Shown here: positions 38,799 to 50,332 of the stretch, in pieces
How positions within the stretch are numbered: position 1 is the first letter of the stretch
How the letters are laid out: the number at the start of each line of letters is the position of its first letter
Source of the DNA: Gammaproteobacteria bacterium
GTDB lineage: Bacteria; Pseudomonadota; Gammaproteobacteria; Ga0077536
Length of the DNA: 64,000 nt
Reading direction: 5' to 3'
Assembly: GCA_009692365.1 (NCBI GenBank)
Contig: SHZJ01000002.1
Coordinates: 52,692 to 116,691, forward strand
Notes under the pieces: model-generated
Databases searched by the model: none
Told to the model about the DNA's origin: nothing
The model's input: only the letters and a program-made list of their open reading frames with translations
Program-made: the position numbers and the translations under genes

Positions 38799-39318
38799 CC
38801 GGGGACGCCTTGAATTTAAGGGTCTCCATCCGGAGCGCGAGGGAACGCGAAGCGTCTTTTTCCAGCTGGATGCGGGAGTTCAGTTCCACCTCTTCGGTGC
38901 CCAGAACCGAGAATTCGTCGAAGACGAAATCCTGATACCAAGTGAATTTTTCGGGCGCCAAAAGCAGCGAGCCGTCGCCAGCGCGGACCTCTAGCTGCAC
39001 CTGCAGACCCAGTTCGATTTCGCGAACCTTACCCGTACTAGGGTCGACGGACAGCGTGCGGCGGTCGAAGGATTCGTGGGAGAGGGTCACGATGGCATCG
39101 GCCTGCGCGGCGTCCCCCACGATGCTAATGCCCACGTAAGTGAGTTCCGACACGAAATAGCTATACAGATAGCCCGAGGGCAGGGGTGTCACGAAGAAGC
39201 GTTTGCCGGTGAGGGCGGTCTTGCGGACACCGCGCAAATACCAGCCACCACACCCCGCGAGCCAGGTGGCCGCACTCGCGCCCAAGCCTAGCTTCAGCAG
39301 TTGGCGACGCGTCGGCAC
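38788..39318 (-). CDS. lptE: LPS-assembly lipoprotein LptE.
   Basis: Lipobox LAGCGGW. ~175 aa. Sits immediately downstream of leuS as in most proteobacteria. Confidence 0.8.
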   Translation of the reverse strand: MPTRRQLLKLGLGASAATWLAGCGGWYLRGVRKTALTGKRFFVTPLPSGYLYSYFVSELTYVGISIVGDAAQADAIVTLSHESFDRRTLSVDPSTGKVREIELGLQVQLEVRAGDGSLLLAPEKFTWYQDFVFDEFSVLGTEEVELNSRIQLEKDASRSLALRMETLKFKASPVDH

Positions 39319-39323
39319 CGACC

Positions 39324-41912
39324 CTAGCTCGCCACCACGTTGACCAAACGCCCGGGGACCACAATGACCTTACGCACGGTTTGGCCCACCAAGAAGCGCG
39401 CGACGTTCTCCTCGGCCAGCGCAGTGTGTTCGGCCAGTTCGTTGCTGGCATCCACCGGCAAGGTAATGTTGGCGCGCTTGCGGCCATTCACCTGCACGAC
39501 CACCTCGACCGCCGCGCGCACCAAGGCGGCCGGGTCGGCCACCGGCCACGGCGCGGTGGCCAGTGCGTCAGCGTGGCCTAGCGCGGCCCACAGGCTTTCT
39601 GTGCAATGCGGCACGATGGGTGCGAGCAGCAGCGTGCAGGCCTCCAGCCCCTCTTGCATCACGCGGCGCGCGCCCGGCGTTGCGTGGCCGCTTTTCACCA
39701 GCGCGTTGACCAACTCCATGACCGCGGCGATCGCGGTATTGAACTTGTAGCGGCGCGCGACGTCGTCGGTCACTTTGGCGATGGTTTCGTGAATTTTGCG
39801 GCGCAGGGTTTGCAGTTCAGGCGTTAGCGCCCCCGCTGCCACCGGCACCACGGGGCCAAAATTCACGTGTTCATAGGTCAGCCGCCACAGGCCGCGCAAA
39901 AAGCGGAAGGCGCCTTCCACCGCGCTGTCTGACCATTCCAGACTCTGCTCGGGCGGGGCTGCAAACATCGTGTAGAGGCGCACGGTGTCCGCGCCATAGC
40001 GATCAATTAGCGTTTGCGGATCGATGCCGTTGTTTTTGGATTTCGACATCTTCTCGACCGGTCCAATCTCAACCGGCTGGCCGTCGGTCAGCAACTTCGC
40101 GCGCAGCGCGCGGCCCTTATCGTCGGTTTCGACGTCCACCGATTCGGGGTTGTAGTAGGTCTTCGTGCCGTTCGTCGCCTCGCGGAAGTAAGTCTCTTTG
40201 CACACCATGCCCTGCGTGAGCAGACGCTTAAAAGGCTCGTCTGCCACGGCCAGCCCGCTATCGCGCATCAGCTTATGGAAAAAACGGGCGTACAGCAGAT
40301 GCAGCACGGCGTGTTCAATGCCACCGATGTAAAGGTCTACCGGCATCCAGTAGCGGGCGCGCTCGTCCACCATGGCGTTCTCGCTGTCCGGGCAGCAGAA
40401 CCGCGCGAAATACCAAGAGGACTCGAAAAAAGTATCGAAGGTATCGGTCTCGCGCGCCGCCGGGAGGCCGGAGTCTGGCAGGCTCGCCGCCATAAAAGCC
40501 GGCATGTGCTTGAGTGGCGAGCTCACGCCGCGCCAGTCCACGTCTTCGGGCAGGCGCACCGGCAAGCGGGCGTCGGTTTCTGGGGTGAGGCTGCCGTCGG
40601 GCGAGTAGAGCACGGGAATCGGGCAACCCCAGTAGCGCTGGCGGGATACCAGCCAGTCGCGCAGGCGGTACTGAACATGACGCTCGGCGCGTCCCTCGGC
40701 CACCAAGCGCGTCGCGATGGCGTTGAAGGCGCCCGCGAAATCCAGGCCGTCGTATTCCCCGCTGTGGCAGAGCACGCCTTTCTCCGGATAGGCGGCGCTC
40801 TCCAGACTAATCACCCGGCCATCGGCGGGTTGGATGACCTGGGTGATGGGTAGGTCATAGCGGTGGGCGAATTCAAAGTCGCGATCGTCGTGTCCGGGCA
40901 CGGACATCACCGCACCGGTGCCGTAGCTCATCAGCACAAAATTAGCGACCCACACCGGCAATTGCGCGCCGGTTAGCGGGTGCAGTACTGCCACGCCAAG
41001 TGGCATGCCACGTTTGTCCAACTTCTCGAGGACTGCTTCGGACGTGGACATCTGCGCGCACGACGCCAGAAACTCCGCCAGCGCCGGGTTACCAAGCGCC
41101 GCCCGGCGCGCCACCGGGTGTTCGGGTGCAACCGCCATATAGGTCGCGCCAAGGAGGGTATCTGGGCGGGTAGTAAACACCTCAAGATCGCCGCTGCCAT
41201 CGGCGAGTGCGAAGCGAATTTGCAGCCCTTCGGAGCGCCCAATCCAGTTCCGCTGCATGGTCTTGACGGCCTCTGGCCATTCTTCCAGCCGATCCAGATC
41301 GCGCAGCAGTTCTTCCGCATAGGCGGTGATGCGCACAAACCACTGCGGAATTTCGCGGCGCTCTACCAGCGCCCCGGAGCGCCAGCCGCGGCCATCGATG
41401 ACCTGCTCGTTGGCCAATACCGTGTGGTCAATTGGGTCCCAGTTGACCACCGCCGTTTTGCGATACACCAAATCGCGCGCGTAAAGCCGCAGGAAAAACC
41501 ATTGTTCCCAGCGGTAATAATCGGGATCGCAGGTGGCCAGTTCACGGTCCCAGTCGTAGGAAAATCCCAACCGCTGGAGTTGCGCGCGCATGTAGTCGAT
41601 GTTGGAGCGGGTCCAACGCGCGGGCGGGATATTGTTTTCGATGGCGGCGTTTTCCGCCGGCAAGCCAAACGCGTCCCAGCCCATGGGATGCAAGACGTTC
41701 TTGCCCAACATGCGCTGATAGCGGGCAATGACATCCCCGATGGTGTAATTGCGCACGTGCCCCATATGCAGGCGACCACTGGGGTAGGGAAACATGCACA
41801 GGCAGTAGAATTTCTCGCGCGTGGGGTCCTCGAGCGCCGCAAACACGCGACCCTCGGCCCAGCGGGCTTGGGCTTGTGGCTCGAGTTCAACGGGGTTGTA
41901 TCGTTCTTGCAT
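39324..41912 (-). CDS. leuS: Leucyl-tRNA synthetase.
   Basis: [17 protein letters not shown] (HIGH region) and KMSKSKNN (KMSKS). ~860 aa from MQERYNP. Confidence 0.95.
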   Translation of the reverse strand: MQERYNPVELEPQAQARWAEGRVFAALEDPTREKFYCLCMFPYPSGRLHMGHVRNYTIGDVIARYQRMLGKNVLHPMGWDAFGLPAENAAIENNIPPARWTRSNIDYMRAQLQRLGFSYDWDRELATCDPDYYRWEQWFFLRLYARDLVYRKTAVVNWDPIDHTVLANEQVIDGRGWRSGALVERREIPQWFVRITAYAEELLRDLDRLEEWPEAVKTMQRNWIGRSEGLQIRFALADGSGDLEVFTTRPDTLLGATYMAVAPEHPVARRAALGNPALAEFLASCAQMSTSEAVLEKLDKRGMPLGVAVLHPLTGAQLPVWVANFVLMSYGTGAVMSVPGHDDRDFEFAHRYDLPITQVIQPADGRVISLESAAYPEKGVLCHSGEYDGLDFAGAFNAIATRLVAEGRAERHVQYRLRDWLVSRQRYWGCPIPVLYSPDGSLTPETDARLPVRLPEDVDWRGVSSPLKHMPAFMAASLPDSGLPAARETDTFDTFFESSWYFARFCCPDSENAMVDERARYWMPVDLYIGGIEHAVLHLLYARFFHKLMRDSGLAVADEPFKRLLTQGMVCKETYFREATNGTKTYYNPESVDVETDDKGRALRAKLLTDGQPVEIGPVEKMSKSKNNGIDPQTLIDRYGADTVRLYTMFAAPPEQSLEWSDSAVEGAFRFLRGLWRLTYEHVNFGPVVPVAAGALTPELQTLRRKIHETIAKVTDDVARRYKFNTAIAAVMELVNALVKSGHATPGARRVMQEGLEACTLLLAPIVPHCTESLWAALGHADALATAPWPVADPAALVRAAVEVVVQVNGRKRANITLPVDASNELAEHTALAEENVARFLVGQTVRKVIVVPGRLVNVVAS

Positions 41913-42033
41913 GGCAACCGACTGAGTGACGCACACTAGGCCTTCGGCCAGCGTCGCGTTTAAATAAGGATAGGTAGCTGATTTTTTTGCGAAATCGTGA
42001 GCGGCCCGAGAATACCGTAGGCACTGCTCAAGC

Positions 42034-42068
42034 GCAAAAAAAGCCGGCCACGGAGAGCCCGGGCCGGC
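42034..42068 (-). terminator. Rho-independent terminator downstream of comEA (minus strand).
   Basis: Minus-strand reading: gccggcccgggctctccgtggccggc hairpin followed by TTTTTTT. Confidence 0.7.
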
Positions 42069-42099
42069 GTGAGCGCGAATCCGCGCTAGGCCGCTGCGC

Positions 42100-42381
42100 T
42101 TACTTGGCGGGCGCCGCTACGGTGAGCTTTTCACGGTTTTTATCGAGGGTGGCCTCACCGATGCCCTTGATTAAGGCTAGGTCGTCCACGCTCTTAAACG
42201 GGCCGTTTTCTTTACGGTAGGCGACGATGGCTTCGGCTTTCGCCGGGCCGACGCCCGTCATGGTGTCGGCGAGCACCTGTGCGTCCGCCGAGTTGATGTC
42301 GATAGGGTCGGCCACCGCCCCGTTGAGGACGCAACCCAGTAGCAGGGCGCCCAGATATTGGGTCAACTTTTGCATAGTCAT
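42100..42381 (-). CDS. comEA: ComEA-family helix-hairpin-helix DNA-binding protein (competence/DNA uptake).
   Basis: Signal peptide, then [49 protein letters not shown], the ComEA HhH motif. Confidence 0.85.
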   Translation of the reverse strand: MTMQKLTQYLGALLLGCVLNGAVADPIDINSADAQVLADTMTGVGPAKAEAIVAYRKENGPFKSVDDLALIKGIGEATLDKNREKLTVAAPAK

Positions 42382-42564
42382 TCTCCATGTTGATTTACTG
42401 TTTCTTCCTTGAACACCTGCCGCCAGCCCAGCGACAGGCTAAAAAGAGCTTACAAGAGCCCTCTGGGCGTCGCCATGGCGGACTCAGGCCGCCGGCTTGC
42501 TTGCCATCAGGAATTTCTCCTGACGTTAAAAACTAGCGTGGCTCAGCCGGGCGAATTTCACGGA

Positions 42565-42604
42565 CTTGTCATATTCATGTTGCTTACTGGCTGGCGTGTC
42601 ATCC
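42565..42604 (+). promoter_or_regulatory. Putative Pho box region in the phoB promoter.
   Basis: TTGTCAT-ATTC-ATGTTGC (42566..42583) and a further TGTCAT heptamer (42597..42602) 8-9 bp upstream of a TATACA -10-like hexamer. The match to CTGTCAT-N4-CTGTCAT is imperfect. Confidence 0.35.
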
Positions 42605-42626
42605 GGACGTAGGATATACATTCGTC

Positions 42627-43319
42627 ATGAGCGGCCAAATTCTGATCGTCGATGATGAGCCGGGCATCCGCCAGATGCTCTGCTTCACGCTCGCCGGCGA
42701 CGGCTACACCTGCGTGGAAGCCGCCGACATTGAGGCGGCGCAAAAAGCCTTGAACCTGCGGCGCCCCGACCTCATTCTTCTCGACTGGATGCTGCCCGGC
42801 ATCAGTGGCCTAGACTTCGCTCGCCGCCTGAAACGCGACCCCCGCACCAACGAGATCCCCGTGATCATGCTCACGGCAAGGGCCGAGGAGCCCGAAAAAA
42901 TCAAAGGGCTCGACAGCGGGGCCGACGACTACATCACCAAACCGTTTTCTACCCGCGAGCTTCTGGCGCGTGTGCGCGCCCTGCTGCGCCGGGTCAACCT
43001 CACCAAAGAGTCCGATATAATAGCGGTGAATGCGCTGCGTCTGGACCGCGAGACCCATCGGGTGAGCGTTGCCGGCCAGCCGCTGGAACTGAGCCCCACG
43101 GAATTTCGGCTGTTGCTGTTTTTCACGACGCATCCCGAGCGGGTCTATTCGCGCAGCCAACTGCTGGATGCCGTGTGGGGCAACGAGAACTACATCGAAG
43201 AACGCACGGTGGATGTGCATATTCGGCGACTGCGTAAAATTCTTGAACCCGTGGGTTACGATGAACTCATCCAAACGGTACGCAGCGTAGGTTACCGCTT
43301 CTCTACTCAGGCACCCTGA
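42627..43319 (+). CDS. phoB: Phosphate regulon response regulator (OmpR/PhoB family).
   Basis: ILIVDDEPGIRQM...LILLDWMLPGISG...VIMLTARAEE, plus a winged-helix C-terminus. Directly upstream of phoR. Confidence 0.92.
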   Translation: MSGQILIVDDEPGIRQMLCFTLAGDGYTCVEAADIEAAQKALNLRRPDLILLDWMLPGISGLDFARRLKRDPRTNEIPVIMLTARAEEPEKIKGLDSGADDYITKPFSTRELLARVRALLRRVNLTKESDIIAVNALRLDRETHRVSVAGQPLELSPTEFRLLLFFTTHPERVYSRSQLLDAVWGNENYIEERTVDVHIRRLRKILEPVGYDELIQTVRSVGYRFSTQAP

Positions 43320-43397
43320 AGGCCGGCCCCACGCGCTGCAGGGTCAGGACGTTAAACCGAGGACAATACCTATTCATCGCGTGTGGAGGTTTAAGCC

Positions 43398-44747
43398 ATG
43401 ACCCGCGGGGACATTGGGCGGTTGTCGCTGCTCTTGCTCCTGGCCGTTGTGGTGGGACTGCTGGTCGGACAATTCTGGGCCACGCTCGCGGTGTGCCTGC
43501 TCGGCTACATCGGCTGGCTGCATCGGCATCTCTACCAACTGCTCGTCTGGCTGCGCCACAGCAAAAACCACGAACCCCCGGAACCGGCGGGCGTTTTCCT
43601 AGAATTGGCGCGGGAAATTGACTACCTCCGCGAGCGCCATAAAAAACGCAAAAAGAAGCTGGCTAACTATCTGCGACAATTCCAACAGGCCACCCGTGCC
43701 CTCCCCGACGCCACCGTGGTGCTGGATTTGAGCGGTGCGGTGATGTGGGCCAACGAGGCTTCGGCCCAGGCTTTGGGCATCCGCTGGCCGGAGGACATGA
43801 ACCAACGCATTACGAACCTCCTGCGTTTACCGAAGTTACAGGAGTTCGTGCTCGGTCAAACCCCGGGGAGAACGGTCGAGATTTCCTCGCCTACCGAGGA
43901 AAACCACACCCTCAGCGTGCTGCTCGCCCCTTACGGCAAAGACCGCTGGCTGTTCGTTGCACGCGACGTCACGCAACTGCAGCGGGCCGCCCAAATCCGC
44001 AGCGACTTTGTGGCCAATGTATCGCACGAGCTGCGCACGCCCATCACGGTCATCAAGGGTTTTCTCGAGGCCCTGCTCGACCAGCGAGAATTAGCGCCGC
44101 CGAGATGGATTCCGGCGTTAGAACAAATCAGCACCCATGCCGATCGCATGCACGCCCTCATCGAAGAACTCCTGTGGCTTGCCAAGCTCGAACACGAGGA
44201 CCTCACTGCAGATCCCAGCCCAGTGGCGGTGAGCGAACTATTGGCTGGCATCGTGGAACAGGCCCGGACGCTCAGCGGTGCGCGCGAACATCGTTTTAGC
44301 TTAGAGACTGATGGGCGGCTGCAAATCGCTGGCACCCACGCCGAGCTGGCCAGCGCCTTTTCCAATCTGGTGTTCAACGCGGTGAACTACACCCCGGCGA
44401 AGGGGCTCATCGAGATCCGTTGGTTCGCCGATGTGGCCGGCGCGCACCTTGAGGTTGCAGACAACGGCCTGGGGATCGGCCCAGAACACATAGACCGCGT
44501 CACGGAGCGTTTTTACCGGGCGGACGCAGGCCGTGCCCGTGAAGAGGGCGGCGTTGGGCTGGGGCTCGCAATCGTTAAACACGTACTGCTGCGCCACACC
44601 GCCAAGTTGAGCATCACGAGCACCTTGGGCAAGGGCAGTCTATTTCGCTGCGATTTTCCGCCGGCGGTAGTGATTGCCGCGCCCACCGCCGCGCCAGAGG
44701 GCTCGCCGGAGCAACCGTCTCCCGCTGCCGCGAGCAGCCCAATTTAG
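43398..44747 (+). CDS. phoR: Phosphate regulon sensor histidine kinase.
   Basis: N-terminal membrane anchor, PAS, H-box SHELRTPITVIKG, HATPase GGVGLGLAIVKHV. Paired with phoB. Confidence 0.9.
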   Translation: MTRGDIGRLSLLLLLAVVVGLLVGQFWATLAVCLLGYIGWLHRHLYQLLVWLRHSKNHEPPEPAGVFLELAREIDYLRERHKKRKKKLANYLRQFQQATRALPDATVVLDLSGAVMWANEASAQALGIRWPEDMNQRITNLLRLPKLQEFVLGQTPGRTVEISSPTEENHTLSVLLAPYGKDRWLFVARDVTQLQRAAQIRSDFVANVSHELRTPITVIKGFLEALLDQRELAPPRWIPALEQISTHADRMHALIEELLWLAKLEHEDLTADPSPVAVSELLAGIVEQARTLSGAREHRFSLETDGRLQIAGTHAELASAFSNLVFNAVNYTPAKGLIEIRWFADVAGAHLEVADNGLGIGPEHIDRVTERFYRADAGRAREEGGVGLGLAIVKHVLLRHTAKLSITSTLGKGSLFRCDFPPAVVIAAPTAAPEGSPEQPSPAAASSPI

Positions 44748-45472
44748 GCTTCCTCGGCGCTCCCGAGATTCAGTTCCTGGGCTATTTGGTCTAGCGCCAC
44801 GTGCCGCACGTCTTTGCCTTCCACCAGATAAATAGCTTTCTCACAGATATTGGCGGCGTGGTCGCCAATGCGCTCAAAAGCACGCACGGCGACTACCGCA
44901 TCCAGCACCCCGCGGATAGCACGGGGGTCCTCCATCATGTAAGTAATGAGCTGGCGCATCACGGCTTCCGTCTCGCGGTCTACTTCAGGGTCCTCGCGGG
45001 AGGCCGCCAGCGCGGCCCGAGAATTCATGCGTGCAAAGGCGTCCAGCGCGGCCCGCAGCGAGCGTTTGACATGATGGCCGAGGGACAACACCCCGAGGTA
45101 ATAAGAACGCGGACTACCGGTGTTGATCATGTTGATGATCACCCGGGCGACTTTCTTGGTCTCGTCGCCAATGCGCTCAAGATCGGTAATCACTTTGCTG
45201 ATCGCTAACACCAGCCTGAGGTCACCGGCTGCCGGCTGGCGGCGCATCAGGATGGAGGTGCACTCGGCGTCGATTTTCACCTCCAGCGCGTTGACCACCG
45301 CATCGGCTTCTACCACCTGTTCGGCCAGTTCAAGATTCGGATGCGTGATGGCTTCCAGCACCTTCGACAGCTGTTCTTCGACCAGCCCGCCCATCGCTAA
45401 GACATGCGCGCGAAGGTCCTCCAGCTCTTTATCGAACTGCTGCGAGATGTGTTGGGTGTGACTCATAGCCAT
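44744..45472 (-). CDS. phoU: Phosphate signalling complex protein PhoU.
   Basis: HISQQFDKELEDLRAHVLAMGGLVEEQL...RQPAAGDLRLVLAISK aligns with E. coli PhoU. Last gene of the pst operon. Confidence 0.92.
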   Translation of the reverse strand: MAMSHTQHISQQFDKELEDLRAHVLAMGGLVEEQLSKVLEAITHPNLELAEQVVEADAVVNALEVKIDAECTSILMRRQPAAGDLRLVLAISKVITDLERIGDETKKVARVIINMINTGSPRSYYLGVLSLGHHVKRSLRAALDAFARMNSRAALAASREDPEVDRETEAVMRQLITYMMEDPRAIRGVLDAVVAVRAFERIGDHAANICEKAIYLVEGKDVRHVALDQIAQELNLGSAEEA

Positions 45473-45506
45473 CGCGCTACTCCCATGCTTGTGTTGGCGA
45501 GTGGCC

Positions 45507-46433
45507 TCATCCGTAACGGCCAGTGATGTAGTCTTCAGTCTGCCTCGTCTTGGGGGCAGTAAAAATGTCTTTCGTTAAACCGAACTCCACGAGACTCCCC
45601 ATAAACATGAAGGCCGTGTGATCCGATATCCGCGCGGCCTGCTGCATGTTGTGGGTCACGATGACGATAGTGTAGCTCGCCTTCAGCTGGTAGATGAGTT
45701 CTTCGATTTTCAGCGTTGAGATGGGGTCGAGAGCCGAAGCGGGTTCATCGAGCAGAAGGACCTCGGGCTCGATCGCGATCGCGCGGGCGATGACCAAGCG
45801 CTGCTGCTGACCGCCCGAAAGACCCAGCGCATTGTCATGTAACCGGTCGCGTACTTCATCCCATAGCGCGGCCCTGCGCAGCGCCTCTTCCACCGCGCGG
45901 TCGATCAGACGCCGGTTTTTAATCCCCTGGATGCGCAGGCCGTAAGCCACATTTTCGTAAATTGATTTCGGAAACGGATTCGGTTTCTGAAACACCATGC
46001 CAACTCGCCGCCGCAGGTTTGAAATATCGGTGCCGCGCGCGTAGATATCCGCGCCCCGCAGTTTCACCTGACCCTCGGTACGCACACCGTGGATGAGTTC
46101 ATTGAGTCGGTTACAGCAGCGCAGCAGCGTAGACTTGCCGCAACCGCTAGGGCCGATAAAGGCGGTGACCTGCTTCTCCGGGATACTCAGACTGACATCA
46201 AAAAGCGCCTGCTTATCACCATAGAACAACGAGAGATGCTCGATGCCCAAACACTCCGGCGTGGGGAGCGTCACCGCGGGCGCGAGCGCGCCTAATATCG
46301 ACTTTGCCTCATCTCGCCCCGACGTCCCCGCTCCAACGGCCGGGCGCGGGCTGGTGGGGACGGCAGCTGGCCGCTCGCTACTCTGCCGCATGGTACTTCT
46401 CCCGTAAGCTGTTTCGGAGCCGAATGGCAGCAA
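45507..46433 (-). CDS. pstB: Phosphate ABC transporter ATP-binding protein.
   Basis: [13 protein letters not shown] (Walker A), [14 protein letters not shown] (signature), [11 protein letters not shown] (Walker B). The start may be the internal Met (46391), which would remove a 15-aa N-terminal extension. Confidence 0.9.
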   Translation of the reverse strand: MLPFGSETAYGRSTMRQSSERPAAVPTSPRPAVGAGTSGRDEAKSILGALAPAVTLPTPECLGIEHLSLFYGDKQALFDVSLSIPEKQVTAFIGPSGCGKSTLLRCCNRLNELIHGVRTEGQVKLRGADIYARGTDISNLRRRVGMVFQKPNPFPKSIYENVAYGLRIQGIKNRRLIDRAVEEALRRAALWDEVRDRLHDNALGLSGGQQQRLVIARAIAIEPEVLLLDEPASALDPISTLKIEELIYQLKASYTIVIVTHNMQQAARISDHTAFMFMGSLVEFGLTKDIFTAPKTRQTEDYITGRYG

Positions 46434-48039
46434 GGTTCAACGACATGACGAGAATGATCAGCAGCAAAGCGGTGCAATACACCAGCGGGCGCGCTGCTTC
46501 AACATTGGGGCTCTGGAATCCTACGTCGTAAATATGGAAGCCAAGATGCATGAATTTGCGTTCCAGATGCAAAAACGGGAAATTGCCATCCAGCGGCAGC
46601 GTCGGCGCAAGTTTCACCACCCCCACCAGCATCAGAGGCGCTACTTCACCGGCCGCCCGGGCCACCGCCAAAATTAGCCCCGTCATCATCGCGGGCGTGG
46701 CCATCGGCAAAACCATCCGCCAGAGCGTCTCGGCCTTGGTGGCGCCCAGCGCGAGGCTGCCTTCGCGCAGCGCTCGCGGAATGCGGCTGAGTCCTTCTTC
46801 GGTCGTCACGATCACCACCGGGACGGTGAGTAAACTGAGCGTCAGCGCCGACCACAAAATACCCGGCGTACCGAAAGTGGGGGAGGGTAGGGCATCGGCA
46901 AAAAAAGCGCGGTCCACCGAACCGCCCACGAGATAGACAAAGAAGCCAAAACCAAATACCCCGTAAACCACCGAGGGCACGCCGGCAAGATTGTTGACCG
47001 CGATGCGAATAACGCTCGTCACGGGGCCGGGTTTCGCGTACTCGTGGAGGTAGACGGCCGTGATCACCCCCAAAGGAGTGATGAAAACAGACATCATAAT
47101 GACCATCAACACGGTGCCAAAAATAGCCGGGAAAACCCCGCCTTCCGTATTGGCCTCGCGCGGCTGGGCGCTGATGAATTCCCACAGCTTCGCGCCGTAG
47201 TGGCTCAGGCGTTCGCGCAGAGACAGGTGATTGGGCGCATAGAGCCGTACCACCTTCGCCAGCGGGACCTCCCGAGTTTCTCCCGTGACGGTTTCGAGCA
47301 ATAGATGGTCACGCGAAAGCGCGGTAATGCTGGCCTGTAACTCGGTCGTGAGCACCTCATAGCGGGCGCGCAGTGCCTGTTCCTCGGCCGCGAGCACGCT
47401 CTGTGAGCCCGGTGGAGTGCCCGCTTTACGTTCGGCTTTCTGGCGGCGATGCACGGCGTCGAGGGCGTAGTTCGCCGCGCCGATGGAGACCCGCTGAAGG
47501 CGGTCGATGCCGGCCCGCAGCTCGGCCGCGCGGGCGAGGCGGGCGGAGAGTTCGGCGAGCGGCACCTCCGTGCGGCCCTCACGCAGGGCTTTAATTCGGC
47601 CGTAGAGATTGCCCCATTCCAGGCGCTCTACCGTGTAGGCATCCGCCGGGTAGTCGATGATTTGAATATCGGGCACGTTGACCCAACGGAAATCCTCACC
47701 ACCAATATCGCGGTTGCCGCGCTTGATGAGAAGGCGATCAACCCGCGTGGCGCCCGCCGGCACCCGCCCCCCGGATTCGCGCGCACGCGCGGCCGTTACG
47801 CTCTCGCGATCAGCGATTTCTCCCAGCAGCGGCTCGCCGGCACCCGGGTTGAAGGTGATCTGGGCCACCGCAGCCGGCCAGAAATGCCGTAGGCCATTGC
47901 TGGCGATTAACAGAAGGACTCCGAAGACCATGACCAAGCTTAGGCTGACCGCGCCGGCCGCCAGCCACACCCAGGGGCTGCCGCTCCCAACCCAGGTCTT
48001 GATCGAACTGCTCACCGAGCCGTCACTAGAGGTTGCCAT
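46378..48039 (-). CDS. pstA: Phosphate ABC transporter permease PstA, long form with a large N-terminal periplasmic domain.
   Basis: The C-terminal half carries ABC permease EAA-loop region [14 protein letters not shown]. 553 aa. Confidence 0.85.
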   Translation of the reverse strand: MATSSDGSVSSSIKTWVGSGSPWVWLAAGAVSLSLVMVFGVLLLIASNGLRHFWPAAVAQITFNPGAGEPLLGEIADRESVTAARARESGGRVPAGATRVDRLLIKRGNRDIGGEDFRWVNVPDIQIIDYPADAYTVERLEWGNLYGRIKALREGRTEVPLAELSARLARAAELRAGIDRLQRVSIGAANYALDAVHRRQKAERKAGTPPGSQSVLAAEEQALRARYEVLTTELQASITALSRDHLLLETVTGETREVPLAKVVRLYAPNHLSLRERLSHYGAKLWEFISAQPREANTEGGVFPAIFGTVLMVIMMSVFITPLGVITAVYLHEYAKPGPVTSVIRIAVNNLAGVPSVVYGVFGFGFFVYLVGGSVDRAFFADALPSPTFGTPGILWSALTLSLLTVPVVIVTTEEGLSRIPRALREGSLALGATKAETLWRMVLPMATPAMMTGLILAVARAAGEVAPLMLVGVVKLAPTLPLDGNFPFLHLERKFMHLGFHIYDVGFQSPNVEAARPLVYCTALLLIILVMSLNLAAIRLRNSLREKYHAAE

Positions 48040-50284
48040 AGCGCCGACGCAGTCGCTGGCGGACTATTTCCGCCAGGGTGTTAAAGAAAAAAGTGGTCGT
48101 GAACAACACGAAACCGGCCAGAAACAGGACCCGAAAGTGCGTGCCGTTGAGCTCTGATTCCGGCATTTCCACCGCAATATTGGCCGACAGCGCACGAAAC
48201 CCCTGAAAAATACTGAAATCCATCACCGGCGTATTGCCGGTAGACATCAGGACGATCATGGTTTCGCCCACCGCGCGGCCCAGGCCGATCATCACGGCAG
48301 CAAAGATACCGGAACTCGCCGTCAGCATTACCACCCGGCTGAGGGTCTGCCAGAGGGTGGCGCCCAACGCGAGTGAGCCGGTCGTCAGGGCGCGCGGCAC
48401 GGCAAAGATAGCGTCCTCGCTGATGGAAAAAATATTGGGGATGACGGCAAAGCCCATCGCAATCCCGACCACCAGTGAGTTGCGCTGCTCGTAGGTAAAG
48501 CCAAACTCACGGTTGAGCCAACGGGGCAAGCTGCCCCCAAACCAGAGCGCTTCTAGGGGCTGGCTGGCGGCCATGGAGAGCGCCAGCACCGCGCAAATCA
48601 GCGGGACCAGCAGCAGCACTTCGTAGCCTGGGCGCAAGAGCGCGCGCAGCCGTGCGGGGCACCAGGTCCAGAGTAGCGAGGCGAGCAGTACGCTGAGCGG
48701 GAACAGCAGCGTTAACGCCAGCACCGCCAACAGATGGTTTTCGATGATCGGCGCCAACCACAAACCCGCCAAAAAACCCAGAATGACCGTGGGGAGCGCC
48801 GCCATGATTTCGATCGAGGGTTTGATGATCGTGCGCAGCCTGGGGTGCATGAAATAAGCGGTGTAGACCGCGGCCATGATGGCGATGGGAATGGCAAACA
48901 ACAGGGAATAAAACGCTGCTTTCAGGGTCCCGAAAACCAGGGGCGTGAGGCTGAATTTGGGCTCGAAGTCGCTGCTCGCCGACGACGACTGCCAGATGTA
49001 TTCCGGTTGCTGTCGCCCTTCGTACCAGACCTTCTCCCACAGCGAGTGCCACGAGACCTCGGGATGGCGATTGAGCACCTCCCACCGGCGGGTCTGGCCG
49101 AGGGTGTCAACGGCCGTTAGCGCGGACGCGCGGGGGGACATGGCCAGCCAGGCGATCTCGCCCAGACCTGTTGGCGCCAACAACAGGGTGCGCTCCGAGG
49201 TGGTGTGGTAGAAAGCCAGCTGACCCGCAAGGTCACTCGCCACGAAGCCCTTGCGAAAATACTCGGGCTCTATCCAGCTAATAGGCGTCGCAAAGGCCGT
49301 GAACGTGCGAATTAGCGTCAGATGCCGGGCGTTGGTCTGGTCGCGCGCCGGGAACCACTGTGACACCCAGCCCCGGCTATCGCCCACCAACAGGGAGTTG
49401 CCGCCCGCCAGCAGCCGTACATCGGTTACCGTCACAGCGCTCGGCACCACGCGGGTGGTCTCGACGAGGCGCGGCGCGGCCTTGTCGCGAATATCAAAAA
49501 AGCTCACCTCGCCGCGCGCGGTTATGGCATACAGTTCCTGCTGATCGGGGTCCACCAGCAAATGTGTTACCGGCCCCGACACTTTGCCGAGCAGCGTGAG
49601 CGTGGTTTCCAGCGGCACGTTGGCCGGGTCAAGCGCGAGTCCGGCGGCCGGGGCGAGATAGGCCATGCTTAATTCATCGTTCTCGCTAACCGCCGCAATC
49701 GTGGTGGAAGCGCCGCTCGTGGCTGCCGCGAGCGCCCGCAACTTCGCCCCCGCCGGCAGCACCGTGATGGGCTCGCGTCCGGCTGGGTAACTGAGCGACG
49801 GCGTAACGCCGGCAATGTTGTTGACGAAAGTTGAGCGGTAAGTGGGCGCTACCAACAACGCCCGCCCGTCGCTCAGGCCTAACGCCAGCACGCCGTGATT
49901 GCGGTAGCCCGTCAACCCTGGCACCGGCACTGCGCGACCCGGTGGCAGCAGCGAACCACTGGCGCGTTCAGCGCCCGTCGCGGCGGCTGCGAAACGGTAG
50001 CTGCCGTCGGCCGCGACCACGAATTCCAGATCGCCATATTCATTCAGGGAGCGGTGCAGGGCCGGCTCGACCCGCGCTGCGGGGGCTGCAAGCGGGATCA
50101 GGCTGGCCGGTGTGAAAAGCGGGAAAATCACCCACAGCAGAAAGAGAAAAAGCGCGAGGAGGGCCCCAATCACCGCGATGCCGCCCACCGCCATCGCCCA
50201 GCCGAACAGGCGGTCTTTCAGCATTCGCCACCCGCGCTGCGCGGTCGCGGCGCGACTGGCCACTGGCGGTGATGAGGCGCCCAC
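48026..50284 (-). CDS. pstC: Phosphate ABC transporter permease PstC, long form (~750 aa) with a large N-terminal extracytoplasmic domain.
   Basis: C-terminal permease core ([41 protein letters not shown]). The N-terminal ~450 aa are non-membrane. Confidence 0.85.
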   Translation of the reverse strand: MGASSPPVASRAATAQRGWRMLKDRLFGWAMAVGGIAVIGALLALFLFLLWVIFPLFTPASLIPLAAPAARVEPALHRSLNEYGDLEFVVAADGSYRFAAAATGAERASGSLLPPGRAVPVPGLTGYRNHGVLALGLSDGRALLVAPTYRSTFVNNIAGVTPSLSYPAGREPITVLPAGAKLRALAAATSGASTTIAAVSENDELSMAYLAPAAGLALDPANVPLETTLTLLGKVSGPVTHLLVDPDQQELYAITARGEVSFFDIRDKAAPRLVETTRVVPSAVTVTDVRLLAGGNSLLVGDSRGWVSQWFPARDQTNARHLTLIRTFTAFATPISWIEPEYFRKGFVASDLAGQLAFYHTTSERTLLLAPTGLGEIAWLAMSPRASALTAVDTLGQTRRWEVLNRHPEVSWHSLWEKVWYEGRQQPEYIWQSSSASSDFEPKFSLTPLVFGTLKAAFYSLLFAIPIAIMAAVYTAYFMHPRLRTIIKPSIEIMAALPTVILGFLAGLWLAPIIENHLLAVLALTLLFPLSVLLASLLWTWCPARLRALLRPGYEVLLLVPLICAVLALSMAASQPLEALWFGGSLPRWLNREFGFTYEQRNSLVVGIAMGFAVIPNIFSISEDAIFAVPRALTTGSLALGATLWQTLSRVVMLTASSGIFAAVMIGLGRAVGETMIVLMSTGNTPVMDFSIFQGFRALSANIAVEMPESELNGTHFRVLFLAGFVLFTTTFFFNTLAEIVRQRLRRRYGNL

Positions 50285-50332
50285 GTCGCTAGCCGGCTCC
50301 GGCGCGCAGCCGGCTAGCGCTCGGGAGCCGGG